From an uncultured Lachnospiraceae bacterium (GTDB lineage: Bacteria; Bacillota; Clostridia; Oscillospirales; CAG-272), in NCBI GenBank assembly GCA_964623895.1, contig CAZUWA010000001.1, positions 24,829 through 88,828 on the forward strand: 64,000 bases of DNA. The letters are read 5' to 3'. Both the position numbers and the translations under genes were made by a program. Below are positions 1 through 11,414 of this stretch, piece after piece. The notes beneath the pieces were generated by a model. That model was not told where the DNA came from, ran no database searches, and worked only from the letters and a program-made list of their open reading frames with translations. The stretch's first letter is position 1, and each line of letters begins with the position of its first letter.

Positions 1-56
1 AACATGTTTTGAAGGATGGTGCGGGAGAATTGTACGAAGTTATTTCGCAAGAATAA
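1..56 (+). CDS. 3' end of an upstream CDS (partial, ...HVLKDGAGELYEVISQE*); possibly the S4-domain YabO/HslR-like gene that precedes yabP in Bacillus-type synteny
   Basis: Open frame runs into the window start and stops at TAA 54-56. The identity is only a synteny guess. Confidence 0.3.
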   Translation, partial: HVLKDGAGELYEVISQE

Positions 57-104
57 ATTCTGCCTTTCGGACATACATTGATAAAAAAAGTCCGGAGGAA
101 TCAG

Positions 105-377
105 ATGAATAAGCAACCGACGATCAAAGAGAGCAACCTGACTCTTATAAGCAGAGAAAAACTTGCTGTCAGTGGTGTAGAAGATGTTCTTTCTTTTGAC
201 GAGAAAGGCGCAACCTTGCGTACTTCTCTCGGAGAACTCAATATCGATGGGGATGATATTCGCATCGGAGATATTTCAATCGAGCAAGGGACTCTTTCTC
301 TCACGGGAAAGGTAAACGGCATTTATTATACCGTACCGACTGCCAAAAAACGCAAGGGCTTGTTTGGGAGAAACTGA
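105..377 (+). CDS. yabP: Sporulation protein YabP
   Basis: The track ORF 78-377 starts at TTG. The ATG at 105 has GGAGG 6 nt upstream. The sequence (LTLISREKLAVSGVEDVLSFDE...LTGKVNGIYY) is typical of the YabP family, and a yabQ-like gene follows with a TGATG overlap. Confidence 0.85.
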   Translation: MNKQPTIKESNLTLISREKLAVSGVEDVLSFDEKGATLRTSLGELNIDGDDIRIGDISIEQGTLSLTGKVNGIYYTVPTAKKRKGLFGRN

Positions 378-871
378 TGTTTGTTCTGGAACAAGGCAAA
401 CTGATAGAATACTGCTTGCGCGCAGGATTGCTCGGTGTCCTATTTGCACTCGGTTATCTTTTGCTCGGCTTTCAAAGGATTCTCTTTGCATGCTTTCCAA
501 AAGCACTGAATCTGATTTTGCAAGCGGTGGCGGATCTGTTCTTTTGGGGTGTGATTGCCTTTTCAGACATGTTGATGGTATACAGTGCGAATCGCGGTAG
601 AATTCGCATTTTGGCTTTACTTGTGCAACTTTTCTGTTTTTTGATCTGCTATCTGCCGCTCAAAAAGCCGATACGGCGGGTAGAGACGGCTGTGATTGGT
701 TGGATCAGCAGAGTTTTTATTTATCCGATTGTTTCGTTTATAAAAAAGGGCATTACAGAACAGCGTATTCGTTGGTATAATCGAAGGATTGATAAACGGA
801 TGCAAAAAGATGGCGAAATGCTGATCAATGAAATAAAGGAAATATTAGACGATAAAAAGGAGCGGATATGA
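377..871 (+). CDS. yabQ: Spore cortex biosynthesis membrane protein YabQ
   Basis: Polytopic hydrophobic 164-aa protein, translationally coupled to yabP (TGATG) and to the following divIC-like gene (ATGA). Position matches the yabP-yabQ-divIC synteny. Confidence 0.7.
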   Translation: MFVLEQGKLIEYCLRAGLLGVLFALGYLLLGFQRILFACFPKALNLILQAVADLFFWGVIAFSDMLMVYSANRGRIRILALLVQLFCFLICYLPLKKPIRRVETAVIGWISRVFIYPIVSFIKKGITEQRIRWYNRRIDKRMQKDGEMLINEIKEILDDKKERI

Positions 872-1146
872 AAAATTTCGGACTGTTTTTAAAAGCGGTC
901 ACAGTGGTCATTGTAGCAGTATGTTTCGTTTCGATCATCTCCCTCAGACAAACGCAAAATGAACTGACCAAGCAAAAGCAAGATTTAGAGAAACGAGTCT
1001 TCGAAGCGGAGGAAGAGGTTGCAGAGCTGCGCTATAAATTGAGTCTTCCGTACAATGACGATTACGCCGCAAAAGTAGCAAGGGAACAACTAAAGTATTA
1101 TTTTCCGGACGAGATCATTTTCAAGAATGCCGCGCATGATGAGTGA
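868..1146 (+). CDS. divIC: Septum formation initiator family protein (DivIC/FtsB-like)
   Basis: 92 aa with an N-terminal TM helix, a coiled coil (QNELTKQKQDLEKRVFEAEEEVAELR) and the C-terminal motif AREQLKYYFPDEIIF typical of FtsB/DivIC. Confidence 0.75.
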   Translation: MKNFGLFLKAVTVVIVAVCFVSIISLRQTQNELTKQKQDLEKRVFEAEEEVAELRYKLSLPYNDDYAAKVAREQLKYYFPDEIIFKNAAHDE

Positions 1147-2098
1147 TATTTCAGAAAACGCATTCAGCGTGACGATCGAACAACAATATATCGGAAAAAC
1201 GGTAAAATACTACCTTTTTGAAGTAATGAAACTGTCAAGGCGGCAGGTCATTCTTTTAAAAAAGAAGGAACGCGGCATTCTTTTGGACGGTCAGCCGGTG
1301 TTTGTTTCGGCAGTGTTGAAAGAGAGAAGCATACTGACTTTGGCACTTGAAGACGAGGAGAGCGGTGAAAATATTCTGCCTATCGATCTGCCGATGGATA
1401 TCCTTTACGAGGACGAGCACATTATCGCCTTGAATAAACAGGCGGGTATACCGACACATCCGTCGTTTCATCATTACACAGATACCCTTGCAAATGCCCT
1501 CGCATATTACTTTGAGAAGAAGGATCGACCATTTGTCTTCAGAGCCGTGAACAGACTTGACCGCGACACAAGTGGTGTCGTATTGGTAGCAAAAAATAAG
1601 CGAGTTGCAGCGGTATTAACAAGGCAAATGGAGACAAGAGCGATCGAAAAGAGTTATCTTGCCCTGATTGAAGGTACGCTGAAAGAAAAAGAAGGCAGGA
1701 TCGAGCGGAATATCTTGCGTGTATCGGAGAGTATTATGCTTCGCCGTACAGACGATACCGAGGGGGAATATGCGCTGACGTTGTATCGCGTGCTTGAACA
1801 AAAAAACAACTACACATTGGTAGAAGCCTTTCCGAAGACCGGCAGAACGCATCAACTGCGTGTCCATTTTTCTTCCGTCGGACATCCCATTGTCGGGGAT
1901 ACCATGTACGGAACAGCTTCTCCGATGATCAAGCGGCAGGCACTGCATGCACATACTCTCACCTTCACACATCCGATATTGGGGAACAAAATGACTATTA
2001 TCGCTCCCCTTCCGACCGATATTTGCAGTATACTCAAGGAGAATGAATTTGAAAACCCACCTCTCACAAAAAGCGGCACAGACACGGCTGTGGATTAA
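1127..2098 (+). CDS. RluA-family 23S rRNA/tRNA pseudouridine synthase with N-terminal S4-like domain
   Basis: Catalytic motif VNRLDRDTSGVVLVAK and C-terminal GRTHQLRVH. 323 aa. Confidence 0.9.
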   Translation: MPRMMSDISENAFSVTIEQQYIGKTVKYYLFEVMKLSRRQVILLKKKERGILLDGQPVFVSAVLKERSILTLALEDEESGENILPIDLPMDILYEDEHIIALNKQAGIPTHPSFHHYTDTLANALAYYFEKKDRPFVFRAVNRLDRDTSGVVLVAKNKRVAAVLTRQMETRAIEKSYLALIEGTLKEKEGRIERNILRVSESIMLRRTDDTEGEYALTLYRVLEQKNNYTLVEAFPKTGRTHQLRVHFSSVGHPIVGDTMYGTASPMIKRQALHAHTLTFTHPILGNKMTIIAPLPTDICSILKENEFENPPLTKSGTDTAVD

Positions 2099-3206
2099 AG
2101 AAAATATATCCCCGGCGGCGATTATTTTGTTGCCGATTGCGCTTGTTTCGGGCGTGATCCATTTGATCAGCATTTTTTCTGAAAGTTTTGCTGATTTCTT
2201 CAATTTCACCATTGCCGGCGTTTATCGCTTAATAACAGCCAAACTAACGGGTATTTATCCGGGTTCTATAGGGGAAATGATCACCATTTTAGCCCCGGTG
2301 TTTGCCATTATATTAGTGATATTTGTTTTTTATCACGCACAGAAGGAGCATTACAGACTGCTTTACAGGACACTTTCCGGTGTTTTTGCCGTGCTTCTCT
2401 TCCTGTATTCATCCTTTGTTTTTACGCTCGGTACAGGTTATCATACCACAGAATTGGATGAACGACTGGGACTTACACGTACGGAACTTTCCGCTGCACA
2501 GCTAAAAGAAGTGTCACTATGGTTGGCAGAGAAGGTCAATGAATATATCGAAGATGTCGATTACATCGACGAGTCGTTCTCGGTGATGCCGTACAGTTTC
2601 AAGGAAATGAATGAAAAACTGTGCGTTGCCTACAAAAAGGCGGCTGAAAAATACGATTTCATCATGGGGTATTCCTCTGTCGTCAAGCCGGTCATGTCAA
2701 GCAAGTTTTTAAGCAAAGCGGGTATGCTTGGAATGTATAATTATTATACAGGTGAGACGAATGTCAATGTTGATTACTACGACTACAACCTCGTTTTCAC
2801 CACTGCTCATGAGATGTCGCATCAAAGAGGAATTTCAAGAGAAGATGAAGCAAACTTTATGGCGTTCTTGGTTTGCCTTGAAAGCGATGATCCATATATC
2901 AACTATTGCGGCTATCTCAGCATGTTTGAATATATGCTCAATCCGCTTTACAGTTCGCTTGCAGCTATCGAAGATATCGCAAGTTACAGCCGAGTCCTTG
3001 CTGCCCTTGACGAACGTGCACGGAATGATATCGGGATGTCGAACAAAAAAACAGAAGAGCAGCAAGGAACAGTATCAAATGTCTTCAACAAAGTCAATGA
3101 TACCTACATCAAATTCAATGGCGACAAGGACGGCACCAAAAGTTACGGTTTGGTGGCAGAACTGACAACGGCTGCTTATTACGCAAATTATTTTCAATCA
3201 CAATAA
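2043..3206 (+). CDS. DUF3810-like membrane protein with zincin HExxH motif
   Basis: N-terminal TM helices and a C-terminal domain with the AHEMSHQRGISREDEANF motif. The start is uncertain: it overlaps the upstream gene by 56 nt, and the SD is only 1 nt from the ATG. Confidence 0.7.
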   Translation: MNLKTHLSQKAAQTRLWIKENISPAAIILLPIALVSGVIHLISIFSESFADFFNFTIAGVYRLITAKLTGIYPGSIGEMITILAPVFAIILVIFVFYHAQKEHYRLLYRTLSGVFAVLLFLYSSFVFTLGTGYHTTELDERLGLTRTELSAAQLKEVSLWLAEKVNEYIEDVDYIDESFSVMPYSFKEMNEKLCVAYKKAAEKYDFIMGYSSVVKPVMSSKFLSKAGMLGMYNYYTGETNVNVDYYDYNLVFTTAHEMSHQRGISREDEANFMAFLVCLESDDPYINYCGYLSMFEYMLNPLYSSLAAIEDIASYSRVLAALDERARNDIGMSNKKTEEQQGTVSNVFNKVNDTYIKFNGDKDGTKSYGLVAELTTAAYYANYFQSQ

Positions 3207-3243
3207 TAAACGCGGAAAAAACGCGAGTAAAGGATGGTAAGAA

Positions 3244-5136
3244 ATGTCAAAAAAGACGGACTATGCCAAATATCTCTTCCACAGAGGAGAGAACTTTGCA
3301 TCTTATGAGTTTATGGGGGCGCATCGTGGCAAAGGCGGGGAAGTGACCTTTAGGGTTTGGGCACCGCATGCATACCGTGTATCGATCGTTTCCGAAACGG
3401 TGGGATGGGATGATGGTGTTCAGATGAAAAAACTATCTTCGGAAGGCATTTTTGAACTGACTTTAGAAAAAGAACAAGCGCCCGAATGGATGCGGTATAA
3501 ATATCGTATAGAGTCGGCGGCGGGTGTACATTTGAAGGCTGATCCGTACGCTTTCCACAGTGAAACGCTTGAAAAAAATGCTTCTGTCCTTTTTACCTCT
3601 CGGTACAAAATGAAGGACGACAAATGGATGGCAGAGCGGAAAAGGAAGGCGGAAAGTAAGTCTTTCTACCCTTATCCGCTAAATATCTATGAGGTGCATT
3701 TGGCATCCTTTTTGACCAAAGACGGTGCATCCAATACTGATGGTGAACACTATTTAAACTATAGAGAGATCGCGAAAAAACTATGCGCCTATGTCAAAAA
3801 AATGGGCTACACGCACATTGAACTTCTGCCGATCACCGAATACCCGTATGATGGCTCGTGGGGCTATCAGGTTACCGGGTATTATGCGCCCACTTCGAGG
3901 TTCGGGACGCCTGACGATTTCAAATTTTTTGTCGATCATTTTCATCAAAATGGTATCGGCGTGATTCTTGACTGGGTTCCGGCACATTTTCCGAAGGATG
4001 AGCACGGTCTCTTTGAATTTGACGGCGGACCATTATACGAATACGATCAGCCTGCCCGCATGGAACAACCTTCTTGGGGTACCAGATGTTTTGATGTTGC
4101 AAGGAATGAAGTGCGTTGCTTTTTGATCTCTTCCGCCATGTATTGGTTGAGAGAGTTTCACATTGACGGTTTGCGGATCGACGCCGTTGCCGCGATGCTC
4201 TATCTTGATTATGACCGCAAGCCCGGCGAATGGACCCCGAACATCTACGGCGGTAATATCAACTTGGAATCGGTAGAGTTTTTCAAGAGACTGAATAATA
4301 CGGTGCACGGGGAATATCCCGATGTGCTGACGATTGCGGAAGAATCCACTGCTTTCCTGAACGTTACAGGTTCTGTCAATGATGACGGACTCGGTTTTTC
4401 GATGAAGTGGAATATGGGTTGGGCAAATGACCTATTCCGCTATGTTGCCTGCGATCCGCTTTGGCGTAAGGAACAGCATTCAGCGTTAAATTTTCCGATT
4501 ATGTATGCCTATTCTGAAAAGTATGTACTGCCGGTTTCACACGATGAAGTTGTGCATGGCAAAAAGTCATTGATCGATAAGATGTTCGGCGATTATGAGA
4601 TGAAGTTTCAGGGCATTCGAATCTTTCTTCTCTTCCAGATGACCTTCCCCGGCAAGAAATTGTTGTTTATGGGCTCGGAGTACGGGCAGTTCAGGGAATG
4701 GGATTTTGAAAATCAACTTGAATGGTTTATGTTAGATTATCCCAAGCATCAAGAGTTGCAGGATTATACAAGAAAACTTAATAAATTTTACTTAAAACAC
4801 CCAACGCTTTACGAAGAAGACTTTCGCCCTGAAGGTTTCAGGTGGATCTATCCCGATATGGCAAACGAAAATGTGGTGGCATATACCCGCTTTGACAGCG
4901 AGGGGAGAAAAAGCCATGTGTTGATCAATTTCTCAGGCAGAGAGCATGGAAAACTGATTTTGGAACTTCCGGAGGAAGGTACTTATAAGGTGATCTTCAC
5001 TTCAGAACCAATACCTGCTGTCGGCAAAACATTGCTTGGCAGAAGATATAAAACAGCGGCAAAAGACAATAAAATATTTATCCGTTTGACGGTGCCGGCA
5101 CTGACGGGTGTCATTATCGAAAAGACGGAAAATTAA
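3244..5136 (+). CDS. glgB: 1,4-alpha-glucan branching enzyme
   Basis: GH13 signatures [21 protein letters not shown] and IAEEST. 630 aa, first gene of the glycogen operon. Confidence 0.95.
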   Translation: MSKKTDYAKYLFHRGENFASYEFMGAHRGKGGEVTFRVWAPHAYRVSIVSETVGWDDGVQMKKLSSEGIFELTLEKEQAPEWMRYKYRIESAAGVHLKADPYAFHSETLEKNASVLFTSRYKMKDDKWMAERKRKAESKSFYPYPLNIYEVHLASFLTKDGASNTDGEHYLNYREIAKKLCAYVKKMGYTHIELLPITEYPYDGSWGYQVTGYYAPTSRFGTPDDFKFFVDHFHQNGIGVILDWVPAHFPKDEHGLFEFDGGPLYEYDQPARMEQPSWGTRCFDVARNEVRCFLISSAMYWLREFHIDGLRIDAVAAMLYLDYDRKPGEWTPNIYGGNINLESVEFFKRLNNTVHGEYPDVLTIAEESTAFLNVTGSVNDDGLGFSMKWNMGWANDLFRYVACDPLWRKEQHSALNFPIMYAYSEKYVLPVSHDEVVHGKKSLIDKMFGDYEMKFQGIRIFLLFQMTFPGKKLLFMGSEYGQFREWDFENQLEWFMLDYPKHQELQDYTRKLNKFYLKHPTLYEEDFRPEGFRWIYPDMANENVVAYTRFDSEGRKSHVLINFSGREHGKLILELPEEGTYKVIFTSEPIPAVGKTLLGRRYKTAAKDNKIFIRLTVPALTGVIIEKTEN

Positions 5137-5147
5137 GGAGGACGAAC

Positions 5148-6350
5148 ATGTTCAGCAAAAAAGAGTGTGTAGCAATGCTTTTGGCAGGTGGACAGGGTAG
5201 TAGACTTTATGCACTGACAGAAACCACCGCAAAACCGGCAGTCCCATTTGGCGGAAAGTACAGGATCATCGACTTTCCCCTTTCAAACTGTGTCAATTCA
5301 GGCATAGATACTGTTGGTGTTCTGACACAGTATCAGCCACTTGCGCTCAACGAGTACATCGGTAACGGTCAACCATGGGACCTTGACCGTACCTCAGGCG
5401 GTGTAATGGTTCTGCCTCCCTATCAAGGCAAGGACGGCGCAGACTGGTATAAGGGCACAGCCAACGCCATCTATCAGAATCTCAATTTTATCAACCGCTA
5501 TGATCCCGATTATGTACTCATTCTTTCGGGTGATCATATCTATAGTATGGACTATCATGCCATGCTTGATTATCACAAGTCCCATGAGGCAGACTGTACC
5601 ATTGCCGTGATCGACGTTCCGCTATCAGAAGCTTCTCGGTTTGGTATCATGTATACCGATGAGAACGAGCGCATCACTGAATTTGCGGAAAAGCCCAAAA
5701 ATCCGAAATCCACGAAAGCTTCGATGGGCATTTACATTTTTGGTAAGAAGATCCTTGAAAAATTTTTAAAGGAAGATGCAAAAAATCCTAATTCGGACAA
5801 CGACTTCGGCAAAAATATCATTCCTGCCATGCTTGCTTCCGGTGCAAAGATGTATGCATACCGGTTCAAAGGTTATTGGAAGGATGTCGGAACGATTGAT
5901 AGCCTTTGGGAAGCAAATATGGATTTGCTTGGCAATGAACCGGTATTCAATATCAATGATAGAAATCACCGCATCTATTCAAGAAGTGAGGCACGTCAGC
6001 CGCAGTATATTGGTGAGAATGCAAGGGTCGAGAATGCGCTTATCAGCGAAGGATGTGAAATTTACGGTGCGGTGATCAACAGTATTCTTTTCCAAGGAGT
6101 ATATGTTGCTCCGGGCGCAGTCATCAAGGACAGTGTCGTATTCTCAGATTGTGCGATTGAAGAGGGCGCAAGGGTATCCTATGCGATGCTCGACCATGAT
6201 GTCACTGTCAAAACGGGCGCAACCGTTGGCAGGGAACGTGCAGACGGCGTGAAGATTGCAGTGCTCGGCGCAGGGTATACCGTTTGTGAAAAGACCGTAG
6301 TAGAAGAAGGCGCGATGATCTATCCGACCATCGGAACGGATGAAGAATAA
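5148..6350 (+). CDS. glgC: Glucose-1-phosphate adenylyltransferase catalytic subunit
   Basis: N-terminal [13 protein letters not shown] nucleotide-binding motif, a left-handed beta-helix C-terminus, and AAGGAGG as RBS. Confidence 0.95.
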   Translation: MFSKKECVAMLLAGGQGSRLYALTETTAKPAVPFGGKYRIIDFPLSNCVNSGIDTVGVLTQYQPLALNEYIGNGQPWDLDRTSGGVMVLPPYQGKDGADWYKGTANAIYQNLNFINRYDPDYVLILSGDHIYSMDYHAMLDYHKSHEADCTIAVIDVPLSEASRFGIMYTDENERITEFAEKPKNPKSTKASMGIYIFGKKILEKFLKEDAKNPNSDNDFGKNIIPAMLASGAKMYAYRFKGYWKDVGTIDSLWEANMDLLGNEPVFNINDRNHRIYSRSEARQPQYIGENARVENALISEGCEIYGAVINSILFQGVYVAPGAVIKDSVVFSDCAIEEGARVSYAMLDHDVTVKTGATVGRERADGVKIAVLGAGYTVCEKTVVEEGAMIYPTIGTDEE

Positions 6351-6368
6351 TTTAGGGAGGACATAACC

Positions 6369-7502
6369 ATGACAGAAGGTATTATTTTTGCGAATCTTCA
6401 CGATGATGTGATTCCTGAACTTACGAGAATGCGCACGATGGCATCCCTGCCATTTGGTTGCAGATACAGACTGATCGATTTCCCTCTTTCCACTATGGTG
6501 AATTGCGGCATTCAGAATGTTTACATTATGACACAGAAAAACTATCAGTCGTTGACCGATCATCTCGGTTCCGGCAAGGACTGGGATCTTGCCAGAAGAA
6601 CGGGAGGATTGAAGATTATGTCTCCTTATATCACCGCATATAACGGTGGTAGCGGAGTGGCTCGTCTTAATTCCAGACTGGAGGCGCTCAAGTCTATCTC
6701 CGGGGCGGTCTTTGGAATGACTTCCGAATATGTTGTGTTGGCGGATTGTGACGGCATTTGTAATATCAACCTCAGCGATATGATCGCACAGCATGAAAAG
6801 ACCGGCGCAGACATCACCATAGCGGTCAAGAGTATGAATGTTACCCCTGAGCGTGCGGAGCGTTCGGTGTTGATCAAGTCGGATGAAGAAGGCAAGATCA
6901 CCGAAGCGTTGGTTCGTCCTTCAAGGATCGCCGGCAATTATGATGTGAACATTAATATTTGGGTGGTATCGAGAAGATATTTGCAGTCGATGGTGCATGA
7001 AGGAATGGCTAAAAATCTTACAAGCATGACCAGAGACATTTTGCAAAAGAATATCGGCTTTGCCAACTACCGTATATACCGGTATGACGGATATTACGCA
7101 AGCTTTACTTCTCTGCAGGATTATTATGCCACTTCGATGGGACTTATTGAAAGCACGGCGGATCGCGATTCTATTTTTAAGATCAAGAATCGTCCGATCA
7201 TCACCAAAGTTCGTAATTCCACGCCGACTAAGTATGCAGATGATGCAGTCGTGAAGAATTCGATGATTGCAGACGGTTGTGTGATCGAAGGAACAGTCGA
7301 AAATTCCATTTTGTTCCGTGGGGTGAAGATCGGCAAGCATACTGTTGTCAAGAATTCGGTCTTGTTTCAAAACACGTATACGGGAGAGCACGTATCGTTA
7401 AACTGTGTGATCACGGATAAGGATGTTGTCATACGTGATTTCAGAAATCTTTCCGGATATGAGACCATGCCTTTTTGCATCGGCAAAGGGAAGATGGTGT
7501 GA
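6369..7502 (+). CDS. glgD: Glucose-1-phosphate adenylyltransferase regulatory subunit GlgD
   Basis: GlgC paralog lacking the GGxGxRL motif (IFANLHDD...). It sits directly after glgC, as in Firmicutes. Confidence 0.9.
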   Translation: MTEGIIFANLHDDVIPELTRMRTMASLPFGCRYRLIDFPLSTMVNCGIQNVYIMTQKNYQSLTDHLGSGKDWDLARRTGGLKIMSPYITAYNGGSGVARLNSRLEALKSISGAVFGMTSEYVVLADCDGICNINLSDMIAQHEKTGADITIAVKSMNVTPERAERSVLIKSDEEGKITEALVRPSRIAGNYDVNINIWVVSRRYLQSMVHEGMAKNLTSMTRDILQKNIGFANYRIYRYDGYYASFTSLQDYYATSMGLIESTADRDSIFKIKNRPIITKVRNSTPTKYADDAVVKNSMIADGCVIEGTVENSILFRGVKIGKHTVVKNSVLFQNTYTGEHVSLNCVITDKDVVIRDFRNLSGYETMPFCIGKGKMV

Positions 7503-7541
7503 GTAGGACGGCATAAAAGCATAGAAGGGGTGTAAATAAAT

Positions 7542-8963
7542 ATGAAAAAAATATTGTTTGTGGCTTCTGAAGCAAATCCATTTGCAGGCACGGGAGGATT
7601 GGGCGATGTGATGGGATCTCTCCCGGAAGCGATCGCGGCAACGGACAAGGAAGCGGATGTCAGAGTGATCATTCCGCTTTATGGCATTGTGAAAGAGGAA
7701 TATCGTCGACAGATGACCTTTCTTGAAAGCTTTGCCGTTCAACTTTCTTGGAGACGCCAGCACTGCGGAGTGTTTGAGTTAAAGAAAAATAGGGTAACTT
7801 ATTATTTCATTGACAATGAATACTATTTTAAGCGTAGCAGCATATACGGAAACTATGATGACGGGGAACGCTATGCATTCTTTTGTAAAGCGGTCCTTGA
7901 CAGCATGTGCAGATTTGGCTTTATTCCCGATATTTTGCATGCAAACGACTGGCAGGCTGCCCTTTCGGTGATCTACGCCAAGAAATTGTATCCTGCTTTT
8001 GCCGGCACGAAAGCGATCTATACCATTCACAATATCGAATATCAGGGAATATGTGGTAAGGAGATCTTAGGAGATGTTTTTGATCTTCCGCCGTATCTTT
8101 GGGATCTTGTGTCTTACGACGGATGCATCAACCTCACAAAAGGCGCAATGGTTTGTGCAGACAAGGTGACGACCGTTTCCGAAAAGTATTCTGAGGAGAT
8201 CAAAGACCCCTATTTTGCCCATCGTTTGCAGAGTGCGGTCAATCTTTGTTCCTACAAACTTTCAGGCGTTGTGAACGGTATTGATTACACTGTCTTCGAT
8301 CCCAAAAAGGATAAGGACATCCCCTCGAACTTTTCAAAGACCAATATGAAGAATAAAGCGATCTGCAAGAATGAACTGCAAAAGTTGTTTGGATTGCCTG
8401 AATCGCCCTCCACACCGATCGTTGCTATGGTATCAAGACTTGCATCTCACAAGGGCTTTGATCTCGTGCGATATGTGATGGAGGATCTGATGCAGAGAGA
8501 TCTTCAATTCGTACTTCTTGGAACAGGCGAAGGAGAACTGGAAGTGTTTTTCGAAAATGTTGCCAAGAGATATCCGCATAAATGCAGTGTAATGCTTGCA
8601 TATAATAAAGGGGTAGCCAAAATGATCTACGCCGGCGCGGATATTTTCCTCATGCCCTCAAAAAGTGAACCGTGTGGGTTGGCGCAGATGATGGCATGTC
8701 GATATGGTACCGTTCCGGTAGTGCATGCAGTCGGCGGACTTTATGATACCATTGAAGCGTTCAACCCGGAAACAAAAAAGGGTAATGGTATCAATTTTCA
8801 ATCATACAATGCCGGCGATATGCTTGATGCCATCGACAGAACACTTGCGCTTTACGGGGATGAGAAACTATGGAAAAAACTGACCTATAATGCAATGAGC
8901 AGTGATTTTTCTTGGAAGCACTCCGCAGAATGCTATATCGCGCTGTATAACTCCATACAATAA
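7542..8963 (+). CDS. glgA: Glycogen synthase (ADP-glucose type, GT5)
   Basis: N-terminal FVASEANPFAGTGGLGDV motif and GT-B C-terminal half (PSKSEPCGLAQM). Confidence 0.95.
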   Translation: MKKILFVASEANPFAGTGGLGDVMGSLPEAIAATDKEADVRVIIPLYGIVKEEYRRQMTFLESFAVQLSWRRQHCGVFELKKNRVTYYFIDNEYYFKRSSIYGNYDDGERYAFFCKAVLDSMCRFGFIPDILHANDWQAALSVIYAKKLYPAFAGTKAIYTIHNIEYQGICGKEILGDVFDLPPYLWDLVSYDGCINLTKGAMVCADKVTTVSEKYSEEIKDPYFAHRLQSAVNLCSYKLSGVVNGIDYTVFDPKKDKDIPSNFSKTNMKNKAICKNELQKLFGLPESPSTPIVAMVSRLASHKGFDLVRYVMEDLMQRDLQFVLLGTGEGELEVFFENVAKRYPHKCSVMLAYNKGVAKMIYAGADIFLMPSKSEPCGLAQMMACRYGTVPVVHAVGGLYDTIEAFNPETKKGNGINFQSYNAGDMLDAIDRTLALYGDEKLWKKLTYNAMSSDFSWKHSAECYIALYNSIQ

Positions 8964-8993
8964 CACTTTTTTAAGGACGGATTTATAAAATAC

Positions 8994-11414
8994 ATGAGTA
9001 CACAAACTGTAAAAGAATTGAAGACCGCTATTGCGGGCAAACTTGCCAGATACTATAATGTCACAATGGCAGAGGCTGGAAAGGAACAATATTTCGGCGC
9101 TCTGCAACTGGTCATCAGGGACATTCTTTCAGAAAAGAGAGCGGAATTCAAGGCAGACATCAAAGCACAAAAGTCGAAGCGTGTCTACTATCTTTGCATT
9201 GAATTTTTGATCGGCAGACAACTGAAGAACAATATCATGAACCTTGGTATCGAAAAGGAGATCCGTTCCATCTTAGAGGAGCGTGGACTTGATTTCGACA
9301 ATGTCTGCGAAATGGAAGCCGATCCGGGTCTTGGAAACGGGGGACTGGGCAGACTGGCAGCTTGCTTTTTAGACGCACTCACTACCGGGGACTACTCTGC
9401 AACGGGATGTTCCATTCTGTACGATTACGGTATGTTCAAGCAAAAGATCGTCGACGGAGAGCAGGTCGAACTGCCTGACATTTGGTTGCCGAGTTTTACG
9501 CCGTCATTGATCACCAGAAGCGATAAGGCGGTGACCGTGCGTTTCGGCGGAAAAATTAGTGAAGATTGGAAAGACGGAAGATTGACGATCGTCCACACCG
9601 ATTATGAGGAAGTGCAGGCGATCCCGTATGACATCCTGATCTCCGGTTACGACTGTAAAGCGGTCAACACCTTGAGATTGTATAAGGCAAGAGATACGAG
9701 AACTTTCAATATGAATCTTTTTTCGCAAGGGGAATATGTCAAGGCGATTCAAGAGTCTTCCAACGCGGAGATTATTTCCAAGGTCTTGTACCCGGCAGAT
9801 AATCATACCGAAGGCAAACTGCTTCGCCTTACGCAACAGTATTTCTTGGTTTCCGCATCTCTTCAGAATATCATTTCAGATCATCTGCGCAGATACGGCA
9901 GTATGGCGGAATTTTCTTCGAAGGTTGCTATCCACATCAATGATACTCATCCGGCATTGGTCATTCCGGAACTGATGCGTATTCTCCTCGACCAGTACAA
10001 CTATTCTTGGGAAGATGCATGGGGGATCGTTACAGAGACGACCAGTTATACCAACCACACGGTATTACCGGAAGCACTGGAATGTTGGAATGAGGATCTC
10101 TTCAAACTGCGATTGCCAAGACTTCATACCATCATTTGCGAGATCAACCGCCGCTTCTGCACAGAGCTTTGGAATGCATATCCGGGCGACTGGGATCGAA
10201 TTTCGAGAATGTCTTTGATCTGTAACAATTCCGTACGCATGGCAAATCTTTCTGTTGTCGGTTCGCACACTATCAATGGTGTATCGGCTCTTCATTCCGA
10301 AATTTTGAAAAAAACCATCTTCAAAGATTTTTACAAGCACACGCCGAAAAAATTCACTAATGTAACCAACGGTATTGCACACAGAAGATGGCTCTGCTAC
10401 TCTAATCCGGGTTTGTCTGCGCTTCTTGATGAGACGATCGGCACAGATTACCGAAAACACCCTGAGAAACTGTCTGAGTTCAGAAAGTATAAGAATGACG
10501 GCACAGTTTTAAAGCGACTTGAGAGCATTAAAAGAGAAAACAAACTCCGTTTTTCAGAGTATTGCAAAGAAAAGACCGGTGTCTTGCTTGATCCCGATTC
10601 GTTGTTTGATGTACAGATCAAGCGAATGCATGAATATAAGCGTCAACTCTTAAACTGCCTACGTATTGTATATCTTTACGATCTTCTTCTTGAAAATCCC
10701 GATCTTGAAATGCAGCCGCAGACCTTTATTTTCGGTGCAAAGGCGGCGCCCGGCTACAGAATGGCAAAGCAGATCATCAAATTGATTTGGAATTTGGCAA
10801 AGGACATCGAAAAGAATCCCAAGATTGCCTCCAAACTGCGCGTGGTGTTCATGGAGGATTATAATGTTTCAATGGCAGAAGTTCTCATTCCTGCTGTTGA
10901 GATCAGCGAGCAGATTTCCCTTGCAGGTAAGGAAGCCAGCGGTACAGGTAATATGAAACAGATGATCAATGGTGCATTGACCGTCGGTACTTACGATGGC
11001 GCCAATGTCGAAATGGCGGCAACAGTTGGTATGGACAATATTTATATCTTCGGTCTACGCAACAATGAGGTTGAAGATATTTGGAAAAGAGGCTACAGTG
11101 CTTCCGAATACTACAATGCAAGTCTGGCGATCCGTCGTACCATTCAGAGAATGAGTCAGGGCTTTAATGGGGTATCCTTCCAGGATATGGTCAGTTATTT
11201 ATTGATGGCACCCGGGGTGGCAGATCCGTATATGTGTCTTGCAGACTTTGACGACTATTGCGCTATCCACAATGTTGCTTTGATGGATTACCAAAATCAT
11301 ACCAAATGGAACAGGATGTCTCTTGAAAACATTGCAGGCGCGGGCTTCTTCGCTGCTGACAGAAGTATCGAAGAGTACGCACAGAAGATTTGGGGATTAT
11401 CCAAAGTAAAATAA
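8994..11414 (+). CDS. glgP: Glycogen/maltodextrin phosphorylase (GT35)
   Basis: 806 aa with the PLP-lysine motif EASGTGNMKQMINGA and GNGGLGRLAACFLD. Confidence 0.95.
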   Translation: MSTQTVKELKTAIAGKLARYYNVTMAEAGKEQYFGALQLVIRDILSEKRAEFKADIKAQKSKRVYYLCIEFLIGRQLKNNIMNLGIEKEIRSILEERGLDFDNVCEMEADPGLGNGGLGRLAACFLDALTTGDYSATGCSILYDYGMFKQKIVDGEQVELPDIWLPSFTPSLITRSDKAVTVRFGGKISEDWKDGRLTIVHTDYEEVQAIPYDILISGYDCKAVNTLRLYKARDTRTFNMNLFSQGEYVKAIQESSNAEIISKVLYPADNHTEGKLLRLTQQYFLVSASLQNIISDHLRRYGSMAEFSSKVAIHINDTHPALVIPELMRILLDQYNYSWEDAWGIVTETTSYTNHTVLPEALECWNEDLFKLRLPRLHTIICEINRRFCTELWNAYPGDWDRISRMSLICNNSVRMANLSVVGSHTINGVSALHSEILKKTIFKDFYKHTPKKFTNVTNGIAHRRWLCYSNPGLSALLDETIGTDYRKHPEKLSEFRKYKNDGTVLKRLESIKRENKLRFSEYCKEKTGVLLDPDSLFDVQIKRMHEYKRQLLNCLRIVYLYDLLLENPDLEMQPQTFIFGAKAAPGYRMAKQIIKLIWNLAKDIEKNPKIASKLRVVFMEDYNVSMAEVLIPAVEISEQISLAGKEASGTGNMKQMINGALTVGTYDGANVEMAATVGMDNIYIFGLRNNEVEDIWKRGYSASEYYNASLAIRRTIQRMSQGFNGVSFQDMVSYLLMAPGVADPYMCLADFDDYCAIHNVALMDYQNHTKWNRMSLENIAGAGFFAADRSIEEYAQKIWGLSKVK

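Noticed and set aside
6144-6794. Long antisense ORFs opposite well-supported genes. Examples are 6144-6794, 13418-14086, 17221-17844, 40777-41451, 41882-42406 and 1616-2212.
   Set aside because: These are shadow ORFs on the opposite strand of genes with clear family motifs. Their products are Cys/Arg/His-rich and low-complexity, and they have no RBS.
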